Positions 19,540 to 28,260 of a DNA stretch of 64,000 nucleotides are shown here, piece by piece. The first letter of the stretch is position 1. Each line of letters begins with the position of its first letter. Where the stretch lies: NCBI GenBank assembly GCA_963665125.2, contig CAXXUK010000001.1, forward strand, positions 3,488,001-3,552,000, in the 5' to 3' direction. The notes below the pieces were generated by a model that was given only the letters and a program-made list of their open reading frames with translations, ran no database searches and had not been told where the DNA came from. Position numbers and translations under genes: made by a program. The DNA comes from an uncultured Desulfarculus sp. (lineage in GTDB: Bacteria > Desulfobacterota > Desulfarculia > Desulfarculales > Desulfarculaceae).

Positions 19540-20460
19540 TTGAGCGCTCCCCGAACACCCGGCCCGCGCCGTATCATATCGTCGTTGTTGCTGGCCTGTC
19601 TGTTGCTGCTTTTGGGCGCGGCATCTCCCCAACAGGCCACGGCCGCCGGACGCCGCCTGGCCCTGCTGGTGGGCATCAGGCACTTCGCCGACCTGGCCAT
19701 CAGCGACCTGCAATACACCCACCACGACGTTGAAATGGTCAAGGATTGGCTGCTGGACCCCAGCGGCGGCGGCTTCCGACCCCAGGACATCCGGGTGCTG
19801 CTGGACAGCCAGGCCACCATGGACAACCTAGTGGCGCTCAGCGACTCGCTGATTCAAAACACCACTCCCGATGACATGGTGCTGATCTACATATCCAGCC
19901 ATGGATTTTTCACCGACGAAACGGGCAACATGGGCGTGGCCCTGTATGACTCCAAATCCGTGGGCCTGGGCTCCGACGGCCCCATCCTCAAACGGATCAC
20001 CACCCTGACCTCCAGTTTTGTGAAATGCCTTTTGGAGCGTCTGCCCGCCGGGCAGCGCATCATCATAGCCGACTTGTGCCACAGCGCCCAGGTGGCCGAG
20101 GGACTCGATTGGGTCTGCGACCTGCGGGGCGAGGCCATCTACGGGCCGGAAAAAGACGCATTAAAGGGAACGACCATTGAAAAAGGCCCCCAGGGCCAGG
20201 TCACGGTCATTGCCGCGTCGTGCCAAAGCCGCCAAAAGGCCTGGGAGTCCAGGGAGCTGGGCGCCAGCATCTTCACCCATTTTCTGGTGCAGGGCCTGCG
20301 CAACGAACACGGCAGCCTGGTGCGGGCCTTCGAGTTTGCCAAGGACCGCACCCAGCGCCAGGCCAACGACGAAAAGGGGCACCTGCAAATCCCCAAGCTG
20401 ATGCGTTATCCGGCCCAGGCCAAACTGAGTCTGGCCCCGCTGGGCAACGCCACGCCCTGA
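19540..20460 (+). CDS. caspase-family (peptidase C14) protein with signal peptide
   Basis: RLALLVGI, catalytic ISSHG and IADLCHS, p10-like IAASCQSRQKAWE and SIFTHFLVQGL. Confidence 0.85.
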   Translation: MSAPRTPGPRRIISSLLLACLLLLLGAASPQQATAAGRRLALLVGIRHFADLAISDLQYTHHDVEMVKDWLLDPSGGGFRPQDIRVLLDSQATMDNLVALSDSLIQNTTPDDMVLIYISSHGFFTDETGNMGVALYDSKSVGLGSDGPILKRITTLTSSFVKCLLERLPAGQRIIIADLCHSAQVAEGLDWVCDLRGEAIYGPEKDALKGTTIEKGPQGQVTVIAASCQSRQKAWESRELGASIFTHFLVQGLRNEHGSLVRAFEFAKDRTQRQANDEKGHLQIPKLMRYPAQAKLSLAPLGNATP

Positions 20461-20470
20461 GGCGCCAGGC

Positions 20471-21007
20471 CTAATAGCCGATCTTGTCTTCCAGGGCCAC
20501 CCACTGGTCAAAGACTTCCCGAGCCAAGGGGCTGACCGCGGTGATTTGCCGCATGTGCAGATCCCGTTGCCCAGGCTTTAGGGCCGCCTGCCTGAATAGG
20601 TATTCATCGTCAAACCCGGCCCTTGCCGCGTCTTCCCGGTCCGCCGCATAGTAGATGGCGTCCACATGGGCCCAATAGGCCGCGGCCAGGCACATGGGGC
20701 AGGGCTCGCAACTGGCGTAGACCACGCATCCTTGTAGGTTATAGGTGTTCAGGGCCTTGCAGGCCCGGCGGATGGCCACCACCTCGGCATGGGCCGTGGG
20801 GTCGTTGGCGCTGTGCACCTCATTGCCCGCCTGGGCGATGATCTGGCCGTCCTTGACGACGATGGCCCCAAAGGGACCGCCCGTTCCGGCCAGCATGTTG
20901 GCGCGGGCCAGCTCCACGGCCCGGCTAAGCATTTGCGGGTCCGGCGGCGCCGGGTCTATCTTGCCTCGGTTTTGAAAACTGCCGCTGTTATCCGGATTAT
21001 TGACCAC
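20471..21007 (-). CDS. guaD: Zn-dependent nucleoside/guanine deaminase (cytidine deaminase fold)
   Basis: GGPFGA, DPTAHAEV, EPCPMC, AGFDD; the true start may be further downstream. Confidence 0.85.
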   Translation of the reverse strand: MVNNPDNSGSFQNRGKIDPAPPDPQMLSRAVELARANMLAGTGGPFGAIVVKDGQIIAQAGNEVHSANDPTAHAEVVAIRRACKALNTYNLQGCVVYASCEPCPMCLAAAYWAHVDAIYYAADREDAARAGFDDEYLFRQAALKPGQRDLHMRQITAVSPLAREVFDQWVALEDKIGY

Positions 21008-21088
21008 GCGAACCTCCGCTTACCAAATTGAACCCTCGGCAATTAAATTATCCCATGAGAGGTCCGCGTGGTCAAAACCGGAGGAGAA

Positions 21089-21529
21089 TCAACCCAGAGT
21101 CCACCACTTGTTGAAATAGGTCCGCCTGTTCCGGGCGGCCTGTTCAACGGCCCACTTCTCCAAGCCCATCCTTTGGATCTGGCAAAGGTTGAACACCTTC
21201 AGATTGTGGGGCAACTGGGCGGCCCGGTCGGCAAAGGGATGCAATAGATCACAGGGAAAAGTGTCGCATTCATAGCAGAAGTCATGGCCGTTTTCGCTGA
21301 CGCAGCGCCACGCGCCGCAGACATAGTCCGGGCCAAAGGAATATTTGAAGGTGGGTATTTTGCCCTGATGGGCCCGGCAGCCGTTGCAATGCATGTCCTC
21401 GACGGCCAGGCCCATGAGTTCATGATACATCTCGACGGTTTGTCTGGCCTGGTCGTCCTTATCGGCCAGGTAGAACATGCAGTTGAAGCAGTCCAGCCCG
21501 CACGGCGCGGTCATCTGTCTGTAATCCAT
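21089..21529 (-). CDS. DUF3795 Cys-rich protein (copy B)
   Basis: APCGLDCFNC, CNGC, C-x3-C, FCYECDTFPC; GGAGG RBS. Confidence 0.85.
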   Translation of the reverse strand: MDYRQMTAPCGLDCFNCMFYLADKDDQARQTVEMYHELMGLAVEDMHCNGCRAHQGKIPTFKYSFGPDYVCGAWRCVSENGHDFCYECDTFPCDLLHPFADRAAQLPHNLKVFNLCQIQRMGLEKWAVEQAARNRRTYFNKWWTLG

Positions 21530-21642
21530 GGCGGCCTCCTTTTCTCGATTTGCCGCCAATGAACCACGTATGAACCAACCGCGCATCCCCCATCCGGGCG
21601 ATGAGGATCGGCGGTGCTAGTGAAAGCCGGACCAGAAAGGTA

Positions 21643-22086
21643 TCAACCCAAGGTCCACTTGTTCTGGAAATAGATCCGCCTGGCCTCGGCGCCGGGCCCC
21701 TTTGCCCATTGCTCCAGGCCCATCTTTTTGATCTGACACAGGTTATAAACCTTGGTGTTGTGGGGCAGCCTGTCGGCCCGGTCGGCGTATGGGTGCAACA
21801 GTTCGCACGGAAAATCGCCGCATTCATGGCAGAAGTCGTGGCCCTTTTCCGTGATGCAGCGCCAGACGCCGCAAACATAGTCATCGCCCAGGGAGTAGAT
21901 CTTGAATACGGGTATCTTGCCCAGGTGGGCCCGGCAGCCCCGGCATTGCAAATCCTCGGGGGCCACGCCCGTGAGTTGGGCCAGCTTGTCCAAGGCCGCC
22001 TTGGCCTTGTCGTCCTTGTCGGCCAGATACAGCTGGCAGTTGAAGCAGTCCAATCCGCACGGCGCGGTCATTTGCTTGTAGTCCAT
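21643..22086 (-). CDS. DUF3795 Cys-rich protein (copy A)
   Basis: APCGLDCFNC, CRGC, FCHECGDFPC; GGAGG RBS; tandem paralog of 21089..21529. Confidence 0.85.
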   Translation of the reverse strand: MDYKQMTAPCGLDCFNCQLYLADKDDKAKAALDKLAQLTGVAPEDLQCRGCRAHLGKIPVFKIYSLGDDYVCGVWRCITEKGHDFCHECGDFPCELLHPYADRADRLPHNTKVYNLCQIKKMGLEQWAKGPGAEARRIYFQNKWTLG

Positions 22087-22286
22087 GTTTGCCTCCATCA
22101 TTCTTCCGGAGTGTACATCAACCAAAACACGCAAGGGAACCCTGGGGCGCACCCGACCGGGCGGTAAAGGATCCGTCAACCTCGGCCATATGTCGGCAAT
22201 ACATATCCGGCTTTGGGTGTATAGTTGAATAATGGGAAAGAAAAAGCGGATTGAAAGAACCATTCTTTCAACCCGAGGAGGTTGTC

Positions 22287-22643
22287 ATGACCTTGAAAAA
22301 ACTGACATCAACAGCCGCGCTGACGGTTATTTCGACCATGGCCTGGGCCTTGCCCGCGCTGGCCCAGCAGGGCCGGGGGGGCTTTAGCTGCCCCTGGGGG
22401 ACGGGCGATATGATGGGAGGCGGCGGCTGGTTCGGCATGATCTTCATGTGGATTTTTTGGGGCTTGGTAATCGTCGCGCTGGTGGGCGGAGTACGTTGGC
22501 TGTTCCGCGCCAACCCCCAAGGCGGCGGCCAAAGCGGCCCGGCGAACAGGTCCGAAGATCCATTGACCGTGCTGAAAACCCGTTACGCCAAAGGCGAAAT
22601 CACCAAGGAAGAATTCGAGAAAATAAAGGCCGACATCAGTTAG
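22287..22643 (+). CDS. SHOCT-domain membrane protein
   Basis: GAGGAGG RBS, signal peptide, Gly/Met-rich segment, TM helix, LKTRYAKGEITKEEFEKIK. Confidence 0.9.
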   Translation: MTLKKLTSTAALTVISTMAWALPALAQQGRGGFSCPWGTGDMMGGGGWFGMIFMWIFWGLVIVALVGGVRWLFRANPQGGGQSGPANRSEDPLTVLKTRYAKGEITKEEFEKIKADIS

Positions 22644-22646
22644 CAT

Positions 22647-22692
22647 AAAAAAAGCCGCGCCGGGAGGGAGCTTCCCGGCGCGGCGTGTTTTA
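22647..22692. terminator. bidirectional terminator
   Basis: A7-GCCGCGCCGGGAG-GGAG-CTTCCCGGCGCGGC-GTGTTTT between convergent genes. Confidence 0.8.
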
Positions 22693-22703
22693 AATTATTT
22701 GCT

Positions 22704-22838
22704 TTAAGACAGGTTCAAATTGTGGCAGCGTGGCCGCCGGTTGCCGAACTCCTGTTCGTTTACCTTGGCCATGCGTTCCAGATACTTACGCCACCGCCCC
22801 TTGTTCTTTGTTTCCAATGTGTTTTGACGTTGTTCCAT
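22704..22838 (-). CDS. 44-aa small protein resembling LDCC-motif mini metal-binding proteins
   Basis: AAAGGAG RBS; MEQRQNTLETKNKGRWRKYLERMAKVNEQEFGNRRPRCHNLNLS*; ends at a terminator; below the track cutoff. Confidence 0.7.
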   Translation of the reverse strand: MEQRQNTLETKNKGRWRKYLERMAKVNEQEFGNRRPRCHNLNLS

Positions 22839-22954
22839 GAAACGCTCCTTTCGCCTGCGTCGCCACTATCTCCTATTATTATTATGGGCCTTGGTTTCAC
22901 AATTTCACAACAGTATAATTCGATTAAACTCTTTAGCCGGGCTAACAATTCGCC

Positions 22955-24745
22955 ATGAATGCGCCAGTCAACCGGGAAAAGGCACCATTGATCACCCAGC
23001 CTCCATTTTTGCCCATGAGTAAAAAGGAGCTGGACGCATTGGGTTGGGACGGCATTGACGTGCTCATCGTCTCGGGCGACGCCTATGTGGATCATCCCAC
23101 CTTTGGCGCGGCCCTGATCGGTCGCTGGCTGGTGGCCCACGGTTATCGCGTGGGCATAGCGGCCCAGCCCGACTGGCACGACATCTCGAGCATCATGCAC
23201 ATGGGCCGTCCCCGTCTGTTCGCCGGGGTCACGGCCGGGGCCCTCGATTCCATGCTGGCCCATTACACGGCCTTCAAGAAGCGCCGTAGCGAGGACGCCT
23301 ACACTCCGGGCGGCGTGATGGGCCGACGGCCGGACCGGGCCATCATCGTCTACACCAATCTGGTGCGCCAGGCCTTCCGGGGCCTGCCCGTGGTCATCGG
23401 CGGCATAGAGGCCTCGCTGCGCCGGGCCGCCCATTATGATTTCTGGAGCAATAAGCTGCGGCGCTCGATCCTGCCCGATTCCAAGGCCGACGCCCTGGTC
23501 TACGGCATGGGCGAGCGGGCCATCCTGGAGATCGCCCGCAGTCTGGAAAGCAGCGGCAACGAGACGCCAGCCAAGGCGCTTTGGGGCATCCGGGGCGTCG
23601 CCGTAATGGGTCAGCCGGACAGCACCCCGGCCTTTGCCGAGGTCGAGGAGTTGCCGTCTTTCGAGGAGATAAGCTCCGATCCGGCCAAGCTGATGCAGGC
23701 CACCCTGATCATGGAGCGCCATGTGCACCAGGCCAAGGCCTGGGCCGTGCAGCCCACCGGCAACCGGGCCGTTTTGATGGCTCCGCCCGCCGAGCCGCTT
23801 TCCACCGCCGAGATGGACCAACTCTACGGCCTGCCCTTTGCCCGCGGTCAGCACCCTTCCTACACCCAGCCGGTTCCCGGCCTGGAGACGGTCATCGACT
23901 CCATCACCAGCCACCGGGGCTGCGGCGGCGGGTGCAGCTTCTGTTCCCTGGCCCTGCACCAGGGCCGGGTGGTGCGCTCGCGGTCGGCCGAATCCATCAT
24001 CGCCGAGGCCGAGCACCTGACCAGGGGGCCGGACTGGCGGGGATCGATTAGCGATGTCGGCGGCCCCAGCGCCAATATGTGGGGCGCCGTTTGCACGGGC
24101 CACAAGGCCTCATGCAAGCGCGCCAGCTGCCTTACGCCCCGGCGCTGCAAACACTTTGAAGTGGACCAGCAGGCCATTGCCGGTCTGCTGGACCGGGTGG
24201 CCGCCACCGACGGCGTCAAGCACCTGCGGGTGGCCAGCGGCGTGCGGTTCGACCTGGGCATGGAGTCGCCGGAATACCTTGAAGCCCTTATCAGCCGCTA
24301 TGTGGGCGGCCAGCTCAAGATCGCCCCGGAACACATCAGCGCGCCGGTGCTGCAATTGATGCGCAAGCCCCGCCTTGAAGTGTTCGAGCGTTTTCTTGAA
24401 ACCTTCAACGCCATATCCATCCGGGCGGGCAAGGAGCAATACGTGGTGCCATATCTGCTCAGCGCCTTTCCCGGCTGCCTGGACCGCGACATGATCGAGC
24501 TGGGCCAATGGCTGCGCCGCCGGGGCTGGCAACCCCGCCAGGTGCAATGCTTCGTGCCCACGCCGGGCACCGTGGCCACGGCCATGTTCCATGCCCAAGT
24601 GGATGAACACGGCCGGTCAATCAGTGTGGCCAAGGACGTCCCCCAGCGAAAGAAACAGCACGATCTGTTATTTTCACCGCCGGGCAAAACCAGCCAAACT
24701 TCCAACCATCGTCCCCAAAACCATAAGGGGCGCAAGAAACGCTGA
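22955..24745 (+). CDS. YgiQ (UPF0313) family radical SAM protein
   Basis: FLPMS, SGDAYVDHPTFG, GGIEASLRR, HRGCGGGCSFC, SDVGGPSANM, KIAPEH. Confidence 0.95.
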   Translation: MNAPVNREKAPLITQPPFLPMSKKELDALGWDGIDVLIVSGDAYVDHPTFGAALIGRWLVAHGYRVGIAAQPDWHDISSIMHMGRPRLFAGVTAGALDSMLAHYTAFKKRRSEDAYTPGGVMGRRPDRAIIVYTNLVRQAFRGLPVVIGGIEASLRRAAHYDFWSNKLRRSILPDSKADALVYGMGERAILEIARSLESSGNETPAKALWGIRGVAVMGQPDSTPAFAEVEELPSFEEISSDPAKLMQATLIMERHVHQAKAWAVQPTGNRAVLMAPPAEPLSTAEMDQLYGLPFARGQHPSYTQPVPGLETVIDSITSHRGCGGGCSFCSLALHQGRVVRSRSAESIIAEAEHLTRGPDWRGSISDVGGPSANMWGAVCTGHKASCKRASCLTPRRCKHFEVDQQAIAGLLDRVAATDGVKHLRVASGVRFDLGMESPEYLEALISRYVGGQLKIAPEHISAPVLQLMRKPRLEVFERFLETFNAISIRAGKEQYVVPYLLSAFPGCLDRDMIELGQWLRRRGWQPRQVQCFVPTPGTVATAMFHAQVDEHGRSISVAKDVPQRKKQHDLLFSPPGKTSQTSNHRPQNHKGRKKR

Positions 24746-24891
24746 CGCTTGGGCGTCCCTGCTTCAACTTGCGCGAATCAATTAGTGTATTATTTTAGTT
24801 TGAATTGTCGTTGAAGCGGACAAGACCGCCAATGCCTTTGTGCGTTGCGGGCCTTATTGCTACCGGCGGCCAAAGGTTTTTCAGGGGAAGC

Positions 24892-25107
24892 ATGGATCTC
24901 ATATTTCTGCATTATGGAATCGAAACGCCGGCCGGCAGATTTATATGCGCCGATTGCGGCAAAGCCATCCGCATTGTAGCCCCGACAACCCTGCCGCCGT
25001 GTCCGGATTTCAACCCCAATACCCATAAGCGCAAGGGCTGGATGGCCGAAGAAGAGCCCAAAAGAAAAAGTAAGCCCGCAGGCCCGGCCTATCCATCATC
25101 AAAATAA
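24892..25107 (+). CDS. small zinc-ribbon-like protein
   Basis: AGGGG RBS; GRFICADCG...LPPCP...H; terminator directly after the stop. Confidence 0.55.
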   Translation: MDLIFLHYGIETPAGRFICADCGKAIRIVAPTTLPPCPDFNPNTHKRKGWMAEEEPKRKSKPAGPAYPSSK

Positions 25108-25145
25108 AAACCCGGATGCCGAAAAATTCGCGGCATCCGGGCTTC
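25108..25145. terminator. terminator between convergent genes
   Basis: CCCGGATGCCG-N9-CGGCATCCGGG perfect 11-bp stem. Confidence 0.75.
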
Positions 25146-25164
25146 AGTCATATCTTTAATTTAG

Positions 25165-26022
25165 TTACTTTAACGCAATGCGTATCTCCACCAGCAATTC
25201 CTCGGGCGGAGTTGTTTCCGGGTCGTTGAGGTATATCTCCATGCTGGGTTGCATGGCCTTTTCCCGGCCTGTCGGGGGCAGCCAAACGCCCTGCAACTCG
25301 GCGTAGGTGGCTGACATTCGTTCAAATGGGCCCTTGTGCAGGGCCACGGCATAATCGCCTCCGCTGATCTCCTGAATATTCACATCCGCCTGGCCGTGCA
25401 TGTTTTGTTCCACCGCGATGCAGGCGTCATAGCGAATCTGATTGGGCGCGGTCAGCGAAGGATCGTCATGGGACAGGCCCAACATAAGCGGCTGTCCGGC
25501 CAGCAGGCCCTGGGGCGCGGCCCAGGCGCAAAGTTTTTCCCAAGCCGCGCCGCACTGTTCATAAGGTCCAACATGACGCACATAGGCCACCCTGATTGGT
25601 TCGAATTTTTTAATCTGGGCATCCATTTTCAATTCTCCGAAACCGGACATACAGTCCTTGTTGTTGCCTTGCCCTGCCGGCCGGGCCTGGCTGCGAAATC
25701 CCGTAGGCGGCTGATCAAAGCGGGACCTGAACCCCCGTATGAACGATTCCAGATTGTCATAACCCAGTTCCAGGGCGATGTCGGTAACGCTCATGTGGCT
25801 GAAACGCAGTTTGTGCGCCGCCCACTCCAGGCGGATTCGCCGGTGATGCTCTCCCGGCGTTTCTCCCACAACCTGTTTGAACACCCGCAGGAAGTGGTGG
25901 AGAGAGAGGCAGGCCACATTGGCCAGTTCCTCAAGGGGCAGCTTGCGGTTCATGTTGTTTTGCATGTAAAGCTGCACCCTGGCCATGCGCTTTTGATGAT
26001 CCTCTATAGTCTCGCTTTTCAT
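25165..26022 (-). CDS. AraC family regulator with GyrI-like effector domain
   Basis: N-terminal AraC HTH (ELANVACLSLHHFLRVF; DIALELGY); C-terminal VAYVRHVGPY, RYDACI, EIYLNDP. Confidence 0.95.
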   Translation of the reverse strand: MKSETIEDHQKRMARVQLYMQNNMNRKLPLEELANVACLSLHHFLRVFKQVVGETPGEHHRRIRLEWAAHKLRFSHMSVTDIALELGYDNLESFIRGFRSRFDQPPTGFRSQARPAGQGNNKDCMSGFGELKMDAQIKKFEPIRVAYVRHVGPYEQCGAAWEKLCAWAAPQGLLAGQPLMLGLSHDDPSLTAPNQIRYDACIAVEQNMHGQADVNIQEISGGDYAVALHKGPFERMSATYAELQGVWLPPTGREKAMQPSMEIYLNDPETTPPEELLVEIRIALK

Positions 26023-26145
26023 TCGCCTATCCGGTTGTTGATGGCCGCGACCTGGAACCCAGCATACAAAACCGCGCCACTGAAAGCTTGACGTTTATTG
26101 CTAATTTGAAAATGCCGAACATGGCCTGCTTTGCAAGGGCCGGAT

Positions 26146-26179
26146 AAAAAAACGAGCGGGCCCGGACAGGCCCGCTCGT
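26146..26179 (-). terminator. terminator of the chemoreceptor gene
   Basis: ACGAGCGGGCC/GGCCCGCTCGT stem with a U-tract on the minus strand. Confidence 0.75.
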
Positions 26180-26206
26180 CTGCACACTATTTGTTTGATG
26201 ATTCAG

Positions 26207-28000
26207 CTAGTTGCCACCCCTGACAAGAGCAACCAAGTCGCCGACCACGCCCTTCATGCTCTTGGATTGGGCGTTGAGCTGCTCGCTGGCCGCCGCGGCC
26301 TGTTCCGCGCTGGCGGCAACGGCCTGGGTCACCCTGTCCATCTCTGAGGTCGCGGTGGAAATCTGGATGATGCCCTGGGCCTGTTCGCTGGAGGCCGCGG
26401 CTATCTCGCCAACCAGTTCACCGACCTTTTTCGATGTTTGGCGGACCTGCTGAAAGTCTTCATCCGTGGACTGGGCCAGCCGGGAGCCCTCCCGGATGTT
26501 TTCGATATTGCCTTCGATGAGGCCCTGGGTGTTTTTGGCGGCCTCGGCCGCTCGCATGGCCAGGGAGCGCACTTCACCGGCCACCACGGCAAAGCCTGAC
26601 CCGGCCTCGCCGGCCCTGGCCGCCTCCACTGCGGCATTGAGCGCCAACAGGTTGGTCTGGAAGGCTATTTCATCGATGGTCCGGATGATCTTGGCCGTCT
26701 CGTCGGATGTGACGGTGATCTTGTCCATGGCCCGCTTGAGGGCGGTCATGGAGTCGGTGGTCTTGTCCACCACGCCGCTGACCTCGACCATGAGGTTGTC
26801 GGCCTGACGGGCGTTGTCGGCGTTTTGCTGGATCATGGAGTTGATCTCCTCCAGCGATGCCGAGGTTTCCTCCAACGATGCCGCCTGCTGGGACGATCCC
26901 TCGGCCAGGCTGTTGCTGGATGAGGAAACTTCCTCCGAGGCCGCGCCCACCTGGTCGGCGCCCAGGTTCAGGCTCTCGACGACATGGTTGATGGGCCGGA
27001 CAATGGAGCGGGTGATGAAGAAGGCCAACAATATGCCTATCGTCATTCCAATGGAACCAACGATAGCCGCCACCAGTTGGGATGTCTTACCGGTGGCATC
27101 CAACTCTTGCATGGCCGCGTCGTGCTGCTGCGTCAAAACAGCCAGGATCCCTCTGAGTTTCGCCTGGGTGGCATCCATTGCCGGCATGGTGTTCTGGTAA
27201 AAAACCTCCAGGGCTTCGTGCTGGGCATGGTCCAGGGACTCTTCCAGCTTCCGGGCCTGGTTCAACAGGGCGACAACCTCATTGAGCGCCGGAATAACTT
27301 TGCCGACATATATCTCTTTGCGAACTTGCGGGTCCGTGGTTTGGTTGAAACCCTCGGCCGACTCGTGCAATCCGGCATGGGCGGCCTTTAACTTTGTAAT
27401 AATGTCGCCGAACTCTTTCCACGAATCCGACAACTGCTTGGCCTGTTCGCCCGTCAGCCACTTGCCCAGGGCGCACTTTTCCGGGTTCAGTTCCACATCG
27501 GCCGGCTGATTGCCGATGACGGCCCTGGCCAGCTTTTCGGACCAGATACGATGGTCATCCAAGCGCTTTGCCAGGTCCATCTCCAGCTCGCCGTGCTTTT
27601 GTTTCCAAAGCTTGCCAATGGTCTGCGCCGATTCGTGAAGCTGCTGATGGGGCTGTTTAATATCCTCCAGAAGCGTTGCCAGGCGGGGATCGGACGCCGC
27701 CATTTTTTGGGCCTCGGGACCATAGAGGAATTTGCCCAAGCCGCACTTGTGCGGATCGATCTGCACATCCAAGGTGGCCTTGTTTTCCAGGAAAAACGTC
27801 TCCACCGTGGCTATCCACTTGTAGTGGTCGATTTCCTTTTCCAGCAGAAAGGACTCCAACTCACCAGCCTGGACGCTTTTATCACTGCTGTTGAAAAGAC
27901 TGGAAACGGAATAAAACGAATTGAACGACACCAGCGCCAGCAGCACCACAACGATACCGAAGCCCAGATAGAGCTTCAGCTTCAAGCTCAAGTTCCTCAC
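26207..28000 (-). CDS. methyl-accepting chemotaxis protein with two CZB domains
   Basis: GTG start with AAGGGAG RBS; TM1; two H..C-x-LG..HxxxH sets; TM2; [23 protein letters not shown] hairpin tip. Confidence 0.93.
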   Translation of the reverse strand: MRNLSLKLKLYLGFGIVVVLLALVSFNSFYSVSSLFNSSDKSVQAGELESFLLEKEIDHYKWIATVETFFLENKATLDVQIDPHKCGLGKFLYGPEAQKMAASDPRLATLLEDIKQPHQQLHESAQTIGKLWKQKHGELEMDLAKRLDDHRIWSEKLARAVIGNQPADVELNPEKCALGKWLTGEQAKQLSDSWKEFGDIITKLKAAHAGLHESAEGFNQTTDPQVRKEIYVGKVIPALNEVVALLNQARKLEESLDHAQHEALEVFYQNTMPAMDATQAKLRGILAVLTQQHDAAMQELDATGKTSQLVAAIVGSIGMTIGILLAFFITRSIVRPINHVVESLNLGADQVGAASEEVSSSSNSLAEGSSQQAASLEETSASLEEINSMIQQNADNARQADNLMVEVSGVVDKTTDSMTALKRAMDKITVTSDETAKIIRTIDEIAFQTNLLALNAAVEAARAGEAGSGFAVVAGEVRSLAMRAAEAAKNTQGLIEGNIENIREGSRLAQSTDEDFQQVRQTSKKVGELVGEIAAASSEQAQGIIQISTATSEMDRVTQAVAASAEQAAAASEQLNAQSKSMKGVVGDLVALVRGGN

Positions 28001-28204
28001 GCAAGTCTCCCTTTTGTCAATTCCATGTTGAGGAGCGGAGGCAAACATCTTAAAACAATAAGCTGTAGGTGTTTGCGGTAGCCAGGATTGGCTTGTTGTA
28101 ATAATGAATACTATTAGATAATTTTACAAGACGCGTACATGACTTTTTTGCAACAAAGCCTATTGGTATATTGCCCACTATTTTTTAGCGAATACGCATA
28201 AATA

Positions 28205-28246
28205 AAAAACCAGCAGCAAACCGAAACGGCACACTGCTGGTTTTTT
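28205..28246 (-). terminator. terminator of the acyl-CoA synthetase gene
   Basis: AAAAAACCAGCAG...CTGCTGGTTTTTT. Confidence 0.75.
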
Positions 28247-28260
28247 GGCTTTTTGGGAAT

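Noticed and set aside
28040..28085. c-di-GMP-I riboswitch upstream of the chemoreceptor
   Set aside because: A GCAAACA..TGTTTGC stem exists, but the GNRA-tetraloop/receptor two-hairpin layout is missing.
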